NCBI GenBank assembly: GCA_951406725.2
Contig: OX597836.1
Coordinates: 1 to 64,000, forward strand
Direction of reading: 5' to 3'
Length of the DNA: 64,000 nt
DNA from: Octopus vulgaris
Lineage: Eukaryota
The notes beneath the pieces were generated by a model, which was not told the origin of the DNA, ran no database searches, and saw only the letters and a list, made by a program, of their open reading frames with translations. Positions 41,478-55,285 of the stretch are shown one piece after another. Position 1 is the stretch's first letter, and each line of letters begins with the position of its first letter. Position numbers and translations under genes: made by a program.

Positions 41478-44400
41478 TCATCCTCATTTAACGTCCGCTT
41501 TCCATGCTAGCATGGGTTGGACGGTTCAACTGGAGTCTGGGGAGCCCGAAGGCTGCACCAGGCCAGTCAGATCTGGCAGTGTTTCTACAGCTGGATGCCC
41601 TTCCTAACGCCAACCACTCCGAGAGTGTAGTGGGTGATTTTATGTGCCACCGACACAGGTGCCAGACGAGGCTGGCGAACGGCCACGCTCGGATGGTGTT
41701 TTTTTTTTTATGTGCCACCGACACAGGTGCCAGACGAGGCTGGCAGACGGCCACGCTCGGATGGTGTTTTTATGTGCCACCGACACAAGTGCCAGATGAG
41801 GCTGGCGAACGGCCACGATCGGATGGTGTTTGTTACGTGCCCACAGCACGGAGGCCAGTCGATGCGGTACTGGCTACAGCCACGTTCGGATGGTTTTCTT
41901 GTGTGCCACCGGCACTGGTACTACAAAGATGCAAATTCCATTGATGTTCATCTATTTTGATTTGGTTTGATTTTCACTTGCCTCAACAGGTCTTCACAAG
42001 TGTCACATACTTGCCTCAACAGGTCTTCACAAGTGTCATAAGAAGGAAGGTATGCACAGGTAGACTGACTACGTCCCAGGTAGGGGCCACGGGTTATGGC
42101 CTGACTAGTCTTGCCGGGTCTTTGGATGGTGTTTTTATGTGCCACCAACACAGGTGCCAGATGAGGCTGGCGAACGGCCACAATCGGATGGTGTTTGTTA
42201 CGTGCCCACAGCACGATGTGGTACTGGCTACCGCCACGTTCGGATGGTTTTCTTGTGTGCCACCGGCATTGGTACCACAAAGATACAAATTCCATTGATG
42301 TTCATCTATTTTGATTTGTTTTGATTGGATTTGATTATGATTATGATTATGATTATGATTATTATTATTATTATTATTATCACTTGCCTCAACAGGTCTT
42401 CACAAGTGTCATTTGATTTGATTGGATTTGATTAGCACTTGCCTCAACAGGTCTTCACAAGTGTCATAAGAAGGAAGGTATGCACAGGTGGACTGACTAC
42501 GTCCCAGGAAGGGGCCACGGGCTATGGCCTGACTAGTCTTGCCGGGTCTTCGGACAGGTGCCAGATGAGGCTGGCGAACGGCGTTTGTTATGTGCCCACA
42601 GCACGGAGGCCAGTCGATGCGGTACTGGCTACAGCCACGTTCGAATGGTTTTCTTGTGTGCCACCGGCACTGGTACCACAGAGATACAGATTCCATTGAT
42701 GTTCATTTGTTTTGATTTTTTTGATTTGTTGATTTGTTGATTTTCACTTGCCTCAACAGGTCTTCACAAGTGTCACAAGAAGGAAGGTATGCACAGGTGG
42801 ACTCCCAGGTAGGGGCCACCACAATCGGATGGTGTTTGTTATGTGCCCACATCACAGAGGCCAGTTGATGCGGTACTGGCTACGGCCACATTCAGATGGT
42901 TTTCTTGTGTGCCACCGGTACTGGTACCACAAAGATACAAATTCCATTGATGTTCATCTATTTTGATTTGGTTTGATTTGATTTTGATTTTCACTTGCCT
43001 CAACAGGTCTTCACAAGTGTCACACACTTGCCTCTGCCTCAACAGGTCTTCACAAGTGTCACACACTTGCCTCAACAAGTGTCACACACTTGCCTCAACA
43101 GGTCTTCACAAGTGTCATAAGAAGGAAGGTATGCACAGGTGGACTGACTACGTCGCCGGGTCTTCGGATGGTGTTTTTATGTGCCACTGACACAGGTGCC
43201 AGATGAGGCTGGCGAACGGCCACGATCAGATGGTGTTTGTTGTGCCCACAGCACGGAGGCCAGTCGATGCGGTACTGGCTACGGCCACGTTCGGATGGTT
43301 TTCTTGTGTGCCACCGGTACTGGAACCACAAAGATACAAATTCCATTGATGTTCATCTATTTTGATTTGGTTTGATTTTCACTTGCCTCAACAGGTCTTC
43401 ACAAGTGTCACACGTGTCACACACTTGCCTCAACAGGTCTCCACAAGTGTCACACACTTGCCTCTGCCTCAACAGGTCTTCACAAAGTGTCACACACTTG
43501 CCTCTGCCTCAACAGGTCTTCACAAGTGTCACACACTTGCCTCAACAGGTCTTCACAAGTGTCATAAGAGGGAAGGTATGCACAGGTGAACTGACTACGT
43601 CGCCGGGTCTTCGGATGGTGTTTTTTATGTGCCACCGACACAGGTGCCAGATGAGGCTGGCGAACGGCCACGATCGGATGGTGTTTGTTGTGCCCACAGC
43701 ACGGAGGCCAGTCGATGCGGTACTGGCTACGGCCACGTTCGGGTGGTTTTCTTGTGTGCCACCGGCACTGGTACCACAAAGAATACAATTCCATTGATGT
43801 TCATCTATTTTGATTTGTTTTGATTTGATTTTCACTTGCCTCAACAGGTCTTCATAAGTGTCACAAGAAGGAAGGTATGCACAGGTGGACTGACTACGTC
43901 CCAGGTAGGGGCCACGGGTTATGGCCTGACTAGTCTTGCCGGGTCTTCTCACGCACAGCATACTTCCATAGGTCTCGGTCTCTAGACATTTCCTTAGTGA
44001 GACCTAAAGTTCGAAGGTCGTGCTTCACCACCTCGTCCCAGGTTTTCCTGGGTCTACCTCTTCCACAGGTTCCCTCAACTGCTAGGGTGTAGCACTTTTG
44101 CACACAACTATCTTCAGCCTTTCTCGTCACATGACCATACCAGCACAGCCGTCTCTCTTGCACACCACAACTGACGCTTCTTAGGTTCAACTTTTCTCTC
44201 AAGGAACTTACACTCTGACGATTATGAACACTGACATTACACATCCATCGGAGCATACTGGCTTCATTTCTTGCGAGCTTACGCATATCCTCAGCAGTCA
44301 CGGCCCATGTTTCACTACCATGTAGCATGGCTGTACGTACACATGCATCATACAGTCTGCCTTTTACTCTGAGCGAGAGGCCTTTTGTCACCAGCAGGGG

Positions 44401-44783
44401 TAAGAGCTCTCTAAACTTTGCCCAGGCTATTCTTACTCTAGCAGTTACACTTTCAGCACACCCACCCCCGCTACTGACTTGGTCTCCTAGGTAGCGGAAG
44501 CTATCAACTACTTCTAGTTTGTCTCCCTGGAACGTGGCAGAAGTTGGTCTCTGCACATTTCCAGTGTTTATTGCTCCTGAGCATTTGCCACAGACAAAAA
44601 CTATTTTCCTAGTTAGCCTTCCTTTGACATTGCTGCACCTCTTATGTGTCCATAGCTTACACTTGGTGCATCTTATAGAGTTTCTACCTACACCTTTTTT
44701 ACAGATCGAGCAGGGCCATCTACCTGAAGGCGTTTGTGATTGATCTACCTTCCTACTTATTAGGACTTTGGTTTTGGCTAGGT
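41478..44783 (-). mobile_element. 5'-truncated RTE LINE with strongly duplicated 3' UTR
   Basis: ORF 43930-44783 part: NLAKTKVL, Cys-rich PCSIC..C..C..WTH..C, FRYLG, MLHGSETW, ERRLCWYGHV, GRGRPRKTW. The UTR (41478-43930) is a modular tandem array. Confidence 0.9.
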
Positions 44784-44807
44784 TGTATATATATATATAT
44801 ATATACA

Positions 44808-44990
44808 TGCTGGTGGCACGTAAAAACACCCACTACACTCTCAGAGTGGTTGACGTTAGGAAGGGCATCCAGCTGTAGAAACTCTGCCAGATCAAGATTG
44901 AAGCCTGGTGCAGCCATCTGGTTCGCCAGCCCTCAGTCATTCGTCCAACCAATGCTAGCATGGAAAGCGGACGTTAAACGATGATGATGA
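44808..44990 (+). mobile_element. RTE 3'-end fragment
   Basis: Ends gctagcatggaaagcggacgttaaacgatgatgatga. Confidence 0.75.
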
Positions 44991-45668
44991 TATATATACT
45001 GCTTGCAGGGACAGCATATTTTCTTCTGCAGCCATAATATACTACCAAGTACATTAAAGGTTTTATTAGTCAACACTCTGTTCTACTTAGCTGTGTGATC
45101 TCTGTAGATTTTCTATAGAAATTAGAGCCAGCTCTGAGATTTATGATGTTTTCTATACAAATATGTTCATGTAACACCATTGGATTGGCCACTTTTACTT
45201 GTTGAATACATGCCTGAAGCCTGGTACATGCATAGTGCTTGCTGGTAGGGACACTGTATTTCATAATTGTTCATAAGTTACTACCAAGTATATTAAAGAT
45301 TTTATGTACACACACACACATGCCCATATTTATTTTGAAATACATGAAATACATGTTTATATATTTTGAAATACATAAATCTTAAAACATTCCCAGGGTT
45401 AACATTGTACTTTGACATTCAGTGCCTTCAGCAGAGTTAACTCCTTTTCAGGCATTTGGTCATTTCCCCAATTCAAGAACTCTGCCTCTGTTCCCCAAAA
45501 TTTCTGAATACTCTGAAAAAATATCCCATGGGTACTGTTTGTCTTCCTTTGTTGAATCCAATAAAAATCATAATCCATTTATATTTCCCTTGTCAAGAGA
45601 AAATCTGAGTAAAAAAAAAAATTATCAGAAAGAAAAACATATAAATTAAATAAAAAACACAAACTCAC

Positions 45669-45760
45669 CTGCCAGATCTTACAAGAGTTGGATCGAAATG
45701 GTCTTCTTCTACTTCTTCCACTTCTTTAAGAGATGAAGCTGATGAATTTCGGCGCATTTG
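45669..45760 (-). CDS. SLC4: SLC4 exon (QMRRNSSASSLKEVEEVEEDHFDPTLVRSG)
   Basis: Hinge region ending DP.L.R.G(R), which precedes FGGL in SLC4; cag acceptor, gtgagt donor; 92 bp, phase matches both neighbours. Confidence 0.88.
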
Positions 45761-45766
45761 CTGTGC

Positions 45767-45801
<35 letters not shown>

Positions 45802-46248
45802 CCTTTCTACAATAGGCACAAGACTTGCAATTTGTGGGGAGGTGACTAGTTGATTACATTAACCCCATGTTTCACTAGTACTTAATTTATCAACCTTCAA
45901 AGGATGAAGGGCAAAGACAACCTCAGTGGAATTTGAACTCAGAATGTAGCAACAGACAAAATACCACAAGGCATTTCACCTGGTATGCTAATGATTCTGC
46001 CTGCTTACTACCTTAATAATAATTATTATAATAATCCTTTCTACTGGAAGCATAAGGCCTCAAATTTGGGGGGAAGGGGTCAAGTCGATTACATCAAACC
46101 CAGTGCGTAACTGGTACTTATTTGATTGACCCCAAAAGGATGAAAGGCAAAATTGACCTCGGTGAAATTTGAACTCAGAATGTAGCAACAGGTGAAATAC
46201 CATTAAGCAATTCCTCCAGCAAGCTAAGGATTCTGCCAGCTCACTGCC

Positions 46249-46283
<35 letters not shown>

Positions 46284-46288
<5 letters not shown>

Positions 46289-48231
46289 TTTCCCCTGTGA
46301 TTTCAAGCTTCCTGAAGCACAATATGTCGTTGTGGAATACAAATCTCCAATTATACCACTCTAATGGAGTACTTGCCTCAGAAAATATAAACATCAACTG
46401 TGGAATTTTTCAAGGTGACTCACTTTCACCTTTAATATTCTGCATAGCCCTAATACCCCTTACAAGTGAATTAAACAGAACAGGGTATGGGTATAAAATT
46501 GCCAATGAAAAAATAAGCCATCTATTTTATATGGAGGACTTGAAACTCTATGGTAAAGACAATAATGAACTTGAAGGCCTATTGCGCACTGTGAAAGCAT
46601 TCAGCGATGACATCGGGATGGAGTTTGGACTTGAGAAGTGTGCCAAGGCCACTTTCCAGAAAGGGAAAGTGAAGACCACAAATTCAATCGTGTTAGATGT
46701 TGACACAGTCATAAGAGAGCTTGAGCAAGAACAAACATACAAATATTTAGGGATAAATGAAGGCTCTGGTATTCAGCATGCAAGCATGAAAGAGAAGATC
46801 AGGAAGGAATGTTATAGGAGAGTTCGTGCAGTCCTGAAATCTGAACTAAATGCACGTAACAAGGTGTTAGCTATAAATTCCTTAGCAGTTCCAGTTGTTA
46901 CTTATAGCTACAATGTGTTGAACTGGAATATGAGTGAAGTAAAGAATATAGATAGGAAAATACGCAAGTTGCTGAGTTGTAATAGGATGCACCACCCAAA
47001 GGCAGACGTAGATCGCCTTTGCCTTCCCAGAGCCCAAGGAGGTCGAGGCCTGATCCAATTTGAACTAGCTTACAAAACAACCACAATTGGACTGGCCAAA
47101 TATCTTGAAATAACGAATGACTGGATGCTAAAGCACGTGGAAAATCACGAGAGACGAAAGAAGCTTCATTCTATCATAAAGGAAAGCAAAAAATTTGCTA
47201 TTGATCTCGTGCAGGATACCCAAACTGAACAACCCAAGGGAAGTACGGCAACTATTGTTGCAAAGAAGGTGAAAATAATGGCAATGAAAAAAGCGCACAA
47301 GCAATTGGCTGATAGGTGGGAGGAGAAACCTCTGCACGGAAAATATGTGGCCCGCAGCAAACAAGCTGATGTTGACCAGAAGCAAACCCATCAGTGGCTA
47401 CGGAGCTCAGGGCTAAAAGCAGAGAGCGAAGGTTTCATCCTGGCTGCTCAAGATCAAAGCCTATTAACCCGGAACTACCAGGCCAATGTGATGAAAAATG
47501 GAGCAGACCCAAAATGCTGATTCTGCAACGACATGATTGAAACAGTGGACCACCTAATCTCTGGATGTAAAGTCTTAGCACCAGTGGAGTATAAATTAAG
47601 ACATGACAGAGTTGGCCAATATCTACACTGGCTAATAAGTCGACATTACAATATCAAAACTGCCGACAAGTGGTATAATCACCACCCTGAAGGTGTAACT
47701 GAAGGAGAAAATGTAACGATTCTGTCAGACTTTCCAGTACATACAGACCGAACCATAAACCAGATATTGTTGTGAAAGACCAAAACAATAAAGTTTGCTT
47801 ATTGATCGACATGAGCATCCCCTGTGATCATAATATCTCGGCGAAAGAGTTTGACAAGCTCAGAAAATATAAAGACCTACTCATTGAAATTGAGAAAATG
47901 TGGCATCTCAAGGCGGTTACAATACCAGTGATCGTATGAGCACTAGGAATGATCAAGAAGGGAACCGAAAATTATATGAGAATGATCCCTGGCTTACCAT
48001 CCCTGCAAGAAGTGCAAAAGATTGTCTTAACTGGTACATCACACATATTGAGAAGAGCATTGTCGATGTGAGAACTATTACTACCCATGTATTTTAATTT
48101 AACTTAAAAAAAAAAAAATGAACGAACTATTGAGTTTAGTTTAATGGCCTACCAATGAGTTTCTTTGCCCTAGGAGTCGGGAAGACACTCGGCAAGAAAT
48201 GGAAGCAAATTTGAAAGAAGGAAAAAAAAAA
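46284..48231 (+). mobile_element. 5'-truncated R4/Dong-like non-LTR element (RT + CCHC + restriction-like endonuclease) in (TAA)n
   Basis: GIFQGDSLSP, HLFYMEDLKLY, YKYLG, GGRGL, AAQDQSL, C*FC...ET..HL.SGC, RHD, PDI. Stop at 47518-47520 and later disruptions; (TAA)n on both flanks. Confidence 0.88.
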
Positions 48232-48607
48232 AATAATAATAATAATGATTTCAAATTTTTACCACAAGGGCAACTTGGGGGAGGGGATTAAGTTAATTAC
48301 ATCAACCCCAGTGTTTCACTGGTACTTAATTTATTGACTCTGAAAGGATGAAAGGCAAAGTCGACCTTGATGGAATTTGAACTCAGAACATTGCGACAGG
48401 TGAAATACCACTAAGCATTCTGTCCAGCATGCTAACGATTCTAATGGGCCAATCAACCTGAAAAAATTCTAACTGGGCTTCACCTGCAAGTTCATGCGCT
48501 GTATATTTTGATATGAGATCACCATGTTGCACACATATAGTTGCGATGCATGTGCCTAGTGTATCCTTATCAGACAGGTAGTCATGATGGTATACTAGAC
48601 TTCGTAA

Positions 48608-48840
48608 GGCGGCGAGCTGGCAGAAACGTTAGCACGCCGGGCGAAATGCTTAGCAGTATTTCGTCTGCTGCTACGTTCTGATTTCAAATTCCACCGAGGT
48701 TGACTTTACCTTTCATCCTTTTGGGGTCGATAATTTAAGTACCAGTTATGCACTGGGGTTGATATAATTGACTTAATCCGTTTGTCTGTCCTTGTTTGTC
48801 CCCTCTGTGTTTAGCCCCTTGTGGGTAGTAAAGAAATAGG
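48608..48840 (+). mobile_element. SINE with Nin-like core
   Basis: ggcggcgagctggcagaaacgttagcacg head and cctttcatccttttggggtcgataa core; many degenerate reverse copies elsewhere (e.g. 45800-46250). Confidence 0.7.
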
Positions 48841-48931
48841 TATACTGGACTTCATATATTTGTACCCCAGTGTCACTTTGATGGCATGCACTGCTCTCTT
48901 ACTCAATAATAATAATAATAATAATAATAAA

Positions 48932-51900
48932 TGGCCATGAGAATAATGCTCCAATGCACATACATGGCTAGACAGCCAATCTAATCCCCTTCACTCCTAA
49001 CATAGCAGACCAAGCCTGAAACCCATTCAGCACCCCACCCCCACCCCACAGAATATCTCCCCCCAAATAGGTAAGAACAGCATGTCGAGGAGAATGAACA
49101 TTAGAACTCCATTTTGGAAGGCCATAGAAAGTGCTCCAAATCAATAATGATAAAAGCTGTCCCACCAACACAGTCAACTACAAAAACGAAGACAAACACA
49201 AAAGCAACAAAGCCACTGACTACAGGAAATAGTCACAGAGAACCGTTGCTTACAACAGTGCTACCACCTCCACCACCACCAATAATACAAGCAAATGGTA
49301 ATAGTACTAATGATAACATGCCCTGGATATGGCATGAAACTGCATCCAGTTGTGGTATCATTACATGAGAAGAACAAAGTTACCCTTAACTACAACTACC
49401 TTCAAATTCTCATTGAGCAAAGTGTAGCACCTGTAAGCCCACTATGGGACCTAAGAAATACCAGATTGGCTTCTGGCATGGTTAAGCCTGTCTCATGGGA
49501 AGATAGATCTCTTTGGCCTTGAAAGTGCACAGTGTATCACACGTCAGGGATTGAAGTAATCACAGAGCAGCCCTCTAGAGGTGATTCAATTAAAACACTG
49601 ATGGTTGTGCCACTGCAGCACCAAAATTCTCAGGAGTGAAAATGTCAAATACAAAGCTATAAAACAATGGATTGAATGAGACTGGTGCTAAAAACAGTGT
49701 ACATGAGGGTAGTTGTGGACTCTCAAAACCTTGGCTAGCAACCCACCTAATTATAGTGTTGTGATAAAAATACTGGTGATCACAACCTTACAAATGCTAC
49801 CTCTAAATGAGTGATGTCAAAATTAAGAAACCACAACTGTGCTAATGGGACTAGAACCGTTAACAGTGAAGGTATCATGCATGGTAGGCAGGGAACATCT
49901 GATCAAGCTCTGGCAGGTTGTCCTCATGCTATTGATTAGGACCAAAATCATAGTCAAAAGAGCAAAAGGAAAAAAATGAAATGGGAAAAAGATGGAAACA
50001 AAATAGTAATAAAAAAAGGCTTCATGAAATGAATGAAGGAAATATGGGATAAAAGAGGTTTTGAAGCATCTGCTCAGCAACTGATAGACCAAGCAAACGC
50101 AATCCAGGTGTAGTGACAGAAATTCAGAGAAGCATAATAAAAAGAGCAGAAGGACAGTGAAACAGCAGTAGCAGAAAGCAGTAATGAAGGGGTAAAAGAT
50201 GAAGAACATGAAACAGATGGAAACCACAGGGTACCAGAGAATATTGATAAAGTAACTAATAAAGACAATCTAGATGAACAAGTGACAGTAAGTACTGCAC
50301 AAGACTTCAATGATGAAGAGAAGAACATTTTAGAAATGACATTTTGAGCTTGATTAAAACAGAAGACATCAGAGAAACAAACCAGCTAATCATAGCTTCT
50401 GCTAATGTCGTAGCTAACATAGTAGGCTACAAGTGAAAAACTGAAGATTCAAAAGTAAATGAAAAGAAAGAACCAAACTGGAGGAAGAGAATGCGAATGA
50501 AGCTGGAAAAGACATGGAAAGAACTAGAGCAATTGAACAGGATGATTAGAAAAGAGCTCAAGAATAAGGTAATAATCAGAAAATTGAATGGACAGTACGT
50601 GTTAGAAGAAATCAAACAGTAGATGAGGAATAGACACAAAAGGTGACAGCATTAAAGGCAAAACTGAAAAGCTATGATGACAAATGCAAAGGTTTCATAC
50701 AGAATAGACTGTTCCAATCAAACAGAAGGCAAATATTTGAGGAAATAGGAGGCCAACACCAGGAACTGATTTCAGAAGCAGAAGAAAGTAAAGAATTTTG
50801 GAGAAGGCTATGGAACAGGCCAGCAAGACATAAAGAAAGTGTGGAGTGGCTAACAAAGGTGGAAAGACAACTTTCAACTGTACTGCGACAAAAAGACGTC
50901 TGAGTTAATCTATATACAGTGAGGCAGAAGTTGAAAAAATAGCAAATTGGAAAGTACTAGGCCGGATAGAGTAGAAGGCTATTGGTTGAAGAACTTTACA
51001 CTGTTATATGAAAGGATCGCTGCACAACTGGATGATTGCTTGCAGTAAGGTCATGTCTTAGTCTGGATGACAAGTGGATGAACACTGCTATGCCTCAAGG
51101 ATCCCTTGAAAGAGAAGTTGACATCAAATTTTCAATCTATGACTTGTTTGCCACTAATGTGGAAGTTTATGACCACTGTCTTGGCAGAAGAGTTATACAA
51201 CCATATGGAAAGTAGCAATCTATTTCTGAACAGAAAGGATGCAGGAAACAAAGTAGGGCAACAAAAGATCATTCATTAGTTGATGAAATGATAATTAAAA
51301 ATTGTAGATGCAGATTGACAGGACTAAATGTAGCATGGCTAGATTACAAAAAAGTATATGACATCGTACCGCACTGTTGGATAAATAAAACAATGAGCAT
51401 GCTTGGAATGGCAAAAATCATGGAGAAAGTGCTAAATGAAAGTATGAAACACTGGAATACTGAATTGATTTGAGGAAAACAAAAACTTGGAAAAGTGACC
51501 ATTAAATGTGTAATATTCCAAAGTGATAGCTTATCTCCATTACAATTCATATTGGCCATGACACTGCTCACTATGATACTATGGAAAGTTAAAATTGCTT
51601 ATGATTTAGGAAAAGGAAATGGTGAGATAAATCATCTCCTTTTCATGAATGATATAAAGGTTTATGTGAAAGATGAGAAACAACTTGAAAGTCTTATACA
51701 TACTATCTTCATTTTCTCATCTAACATAGGTATGGAATTTGGGATAGAAAAGTGTGCTATATTGAAAATGAAATGTGGAAGATTTGAAAGAAGCCAGGGA
51801 ATTGAAATGCCAAATTAGCAAACAATGAGAGCAGTTGGGAAAGGACAGTGGTATAAGTAAGTGGGAATACTGGAAGGGGACAAGATATAAAAAGAAATTA

Positions 51901-52250
51901 AACAAGTTATCAGTAGGGAGTACACAAGGAGAGTAAGAAAATTACAGCAGCCAAAGCTGAATTCCAAAAATCTGATTGAAGCAATAAATTCAAGAGCAGT
52001 ACCCTTAATCAGATATAGAGTTGGAATTATAGACTGGACCAAGAACGATATAAAGAAACATGACAGAAAGCCTAGGAAGTTGTGATAATATCTGGAGCCC
52101 ACCATCTGAAAACTGGTATCAACTGGTTGTACTTGAGGAGAGACTAGGGTGGATGAGGCTAAATAGCAGTAAAAGAATGTGTACATATAGAAAGATAAAG
52201 TCTAGTAGAGTATTTACAGAGCAACACAGAAAAATTACTGAAGACGGTTA
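48932..52250 (+). mobile_element. Old degenerate R4/Dong-like LINE
   Basis: Follows (TAA)n at 48905-48931; broken ORFs QNRLFQSN, AWLDYKKVYDIVPH, IFQSDSLSPL.F, HLLFMNDIKVY, GMEFGIEKCA. Confidence 0.75.
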
Positions 52251-52313
52251 ATAGTCAAAACAACAGAAATTCATAAAAGAATAAAACATAAAAAAATAGA
52301 ACTGTTTTCATAC

Positions 52314-52460
52314 CTGAGAAGGCACTCGTAATGGAGGTTCAATTCTGATTTTAGGATCCCAGCCACCGGGTGGCAAAACAGTTCCTTGTACCATAAATTC
52401 TTCAATTCCTGCCACTAGTTCAGATTTATTGCGACATTTGTATGCAACTTCACGGAATAT
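52314..52460 (-). CDS. SLC4: SLC4 exon ([49 protein letters not shown])
   Basis: Hand-translated: TVLPPG.WDP.IRIEPP motif of the cytoplasmic domain; tag acceptor, gtatga donor; 147 bp. Confidence 0.95.
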
Positions 52461-53137
52461 CTACAATAATAGATGCAAATCTCACTGGTTCTGGAGTTTC
52501 ACTTTTTTTATTTTTCATAATTTTATGCAAATAGCAAACTGAAATGTTGTTAACAAACAGCAGAAAAGTTGACATTAAAAAACAAATTTAAACAATTGTA
52601 AGTAAATTTAGACAAATGTAAGAAATCTTTACATGGTCATTTGCCCTCATAAAAAGAGCCATTAAATCTCTCTTCTAGATGTTGTAAAAGAGGAAAATCA
52701 CATTAGATAGTTTTGCCTTATCTGTATAAAAGTTGATGTACTCACAACTAGAATGTCTGATCATAAATCTGTCTGATTTGAGTTGATCTCAAAATAAACG
52801 ACAGCAACAACTCTACATGGATAAATTTGCAAAGCATTCAAAAGTAGTTGCAAGTGAAAATATATGAGCTATTATACAACTTAATTACCAAGCCAGTTCA
52901 GTGCATGAAAACAGCAAATGTTTATTACAACGTAATATTACTTAAAGTAGTCTAGTTGTGAAAATGATAATATTATGGTTATATACAATATTTTAAACAA
53001 AGTGTTTCTTGAGTGTTCTGTGCAAACTTCATGCAGTCAGGTGCTGACTACACTTTTGTCCAAAGAACAAACTATATAACTCATGAAAGAAACCAAAACA
53101 GTTGTCACATTATGGCATGCCAAAAGTACTTGAAACA

Positions 53138-53615
53138 TGTCACTGGCCAACTGGAGGTGTCTTCTTGGGGTTAAAAACAACAATAACACCGTCCTCAATA
53201 GGACCACCATATTTAGTTGGCAAATATATTTTATGATTCCATACTGTTACTGTTTATCTCTCGCTTAAAAATTTAACATAGCTTATCTCACTCTTTCTAC
53301 TAGATCAACGACTGTGTATTGCTAGAAAAGGAGATAGTATTTTGTGATTGGAATTTCTTCATCACTTGCCAGTGATTAACACACACTGAAGATGGGTAGT
53401 CACTCAGAAACCTGGGTTTGTGTGTATCAAATAAGGATAGAGATGGGAGCGATGACCTTCCTCATAAATACTAATCAGACACAGACTGTGTCAATGGCCA
53501 GCTGGAGGAGATGTCTTCATGGGGTTAAAAACAACAGTAACACCATCCTCTATAGGACCACCACAATGTTTTATGATTCTGTAATGTTACCGCTTATCTC
53601 TCACTCAAAGATTTA
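53138..53615. repeat. Imperfect direct repeat (about 130 bp x2)
   Basis: tgtca.tggcca.ctggagg..tgtcttc.tggggttaaaaacaaca.taacacc.tcctc.ataggaccac at about 53138 and 53489. Confidence 0.75.
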
Positions 53616-54445
53616 ATATTGTTTTCAGAGGAATAAACATGTTTATTTGCATTTCACGATTTAAAAAAAGAAGCATAAAACAACTAATTTCCCTTAACAG
53701 CCCAGAAAAAGTTTACCTTAAACCAGATAACTATCTTAGTAGTTCACCTTGTCATCTCTATCTTATGCCATCAGATTTCAATGAAAAGACTTATTATTCA
53801 GAAGTACCAATTTAGTTCTGTTTAATGTTTTGTCTTCTATTAAAGAATGCTTCACAATAATGACATGCTATGTACCTGGTTCCAAATTGCATAAGCACAA
53901 TTAACTTAAATTACAATGGAATGTTATAAATTAGTTACCATATCCCATTATTGTTATCCTCGTCAGCAGTTTACATCCACTTTTCCATGCTGGTATAAGT
54001 TGGATGGGTATTGGGAAGCATTGTTTTATGGCCAGATGTCCTTGTCACCAACCCTTTTAGTCATCTCTTATAAAACAGAGACAATATACCCATTCTAAAA
54101 CAGTAATACACGTGGTATGGCTAACATATCACATACAGATCATAATTAGAACCAGGTTTCCCAGATTCAAGTTTTAAGTAACAAAATGACAACTGGCAAC
54201 AGAATGTATCGTGGGTGAAGGCTGAATACTCGGACAGGTTACCCATTACATTTTCTAACACACAGACATTGCTGTGTTGCTGAGAAACAGACTTCTCAAC
54301 CATGTAAAACCATGTAACTGAGGGTTCAGTTCCATTATGTTACACTTTGATCAAGGGCACAGAAACTGAAAGAGGTCCATCTCGAGCATATGTATAGACA
54401 TATAAGACATCATAAAGAAGAATGGAGAATTGTACATCTTCAAAA

Positions 54446-54694
54446 ATGTGAGATAATATTTGGCAAATATCTATGTCAGCCACTTCAAAGTAGGCATTGT
54501 TTATTTACTTGAATTAACTTGTGCAATGTGTTTATATAAAGCAAATACATGAAGTTTGTTGGACTTGTGCTGTTGTGTGATCTTACTCCCACAGAATTAC
54601 CACATCAGTGTCCTGCACTGATACAGTTTAAATAAATAAACAATGCCTGCTTTGAAGTGGTTGACATAAATATTTGCCAAATATTATCTCACAT
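54446..54694. mobile_element. MITE-like element with about 62-bp TIRs
   Basis: atgtgagataatatttggcaaatat..ttcaaagtaggcattgtttattta mirrored at 54633-54694. Confidence 0.75.
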
Positions 54695-54989
54695 ACCAGT
54701 AAACCCATGCTATCAGACAAAATTGTCTCTTGGTCGTCATACAAGATTGTGTTGTCCAGAGTCATGCACTATTGACCACCTGTATCTTTGATTTACTGAA
54801 ATATCATCATTGCTATCTGAATCACCCAACTGTGTACTAAGAAAATACTCTCAGAGTCATCGTCCAAATCGGAAGGAATAGATGAGGATGGAAGTATAGT
54901 GGAGGAGCTTAGTGTAGCTGGATGCAATGACCATAAATTGCGTGGAGGCAGAGCTGGATGAGATGACTGTGATGATGCACAAAAGCATA

Positions 54990-55285
54990 GCCGGACATAA
55001 TGACCATAAATTGGATGAAACTGGTGTAGATGATGAAGTTGATGGAACTGAACTGGTAGGACACAATGAGGGTGATGGAACCAGAGCAGTAGGACACGAT
55101 GAGATTGACAGAGCTAGTATGGTAGGACATGACAAGGCTGACAGAATTGGAGTGGTAGGACATGATGAGGCTGACAGTACTGGAGTGGTAGGACATGATG
55201 AAGCTCGAGTGGTAGTACATGATGATGAATGTGATGAAGGTGGAGTGGTACGATGTAATGATGAAGCCAGAGTAGTAGGATGTGA
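54990..55285 (+). repeat. Degenerate 33-bp minisatellite
   Basis: Unit similar to ggagtggtaggacatgatgaggctgacagtact; gives GVVGHDEADST-like repeats in ORF 54927-55388. Confidence 0.75.

Noticed and set aside
41940-43870. CRISPR-like array of 31-bp repeats
   Set aside because: Intervening sequences are themselves repeated, there are no cas genes, and the context is a eukaryotic LINE UTR.
47518-47520. TGA inside the Dong-like zinc knuckle as possible Sec or readthrough
   Set aside because: It sits at the non-Cys position (C-x-F-C), best explained as CGA>TGA decay; the copy also has YMED in place of YMDD and later disruptions.
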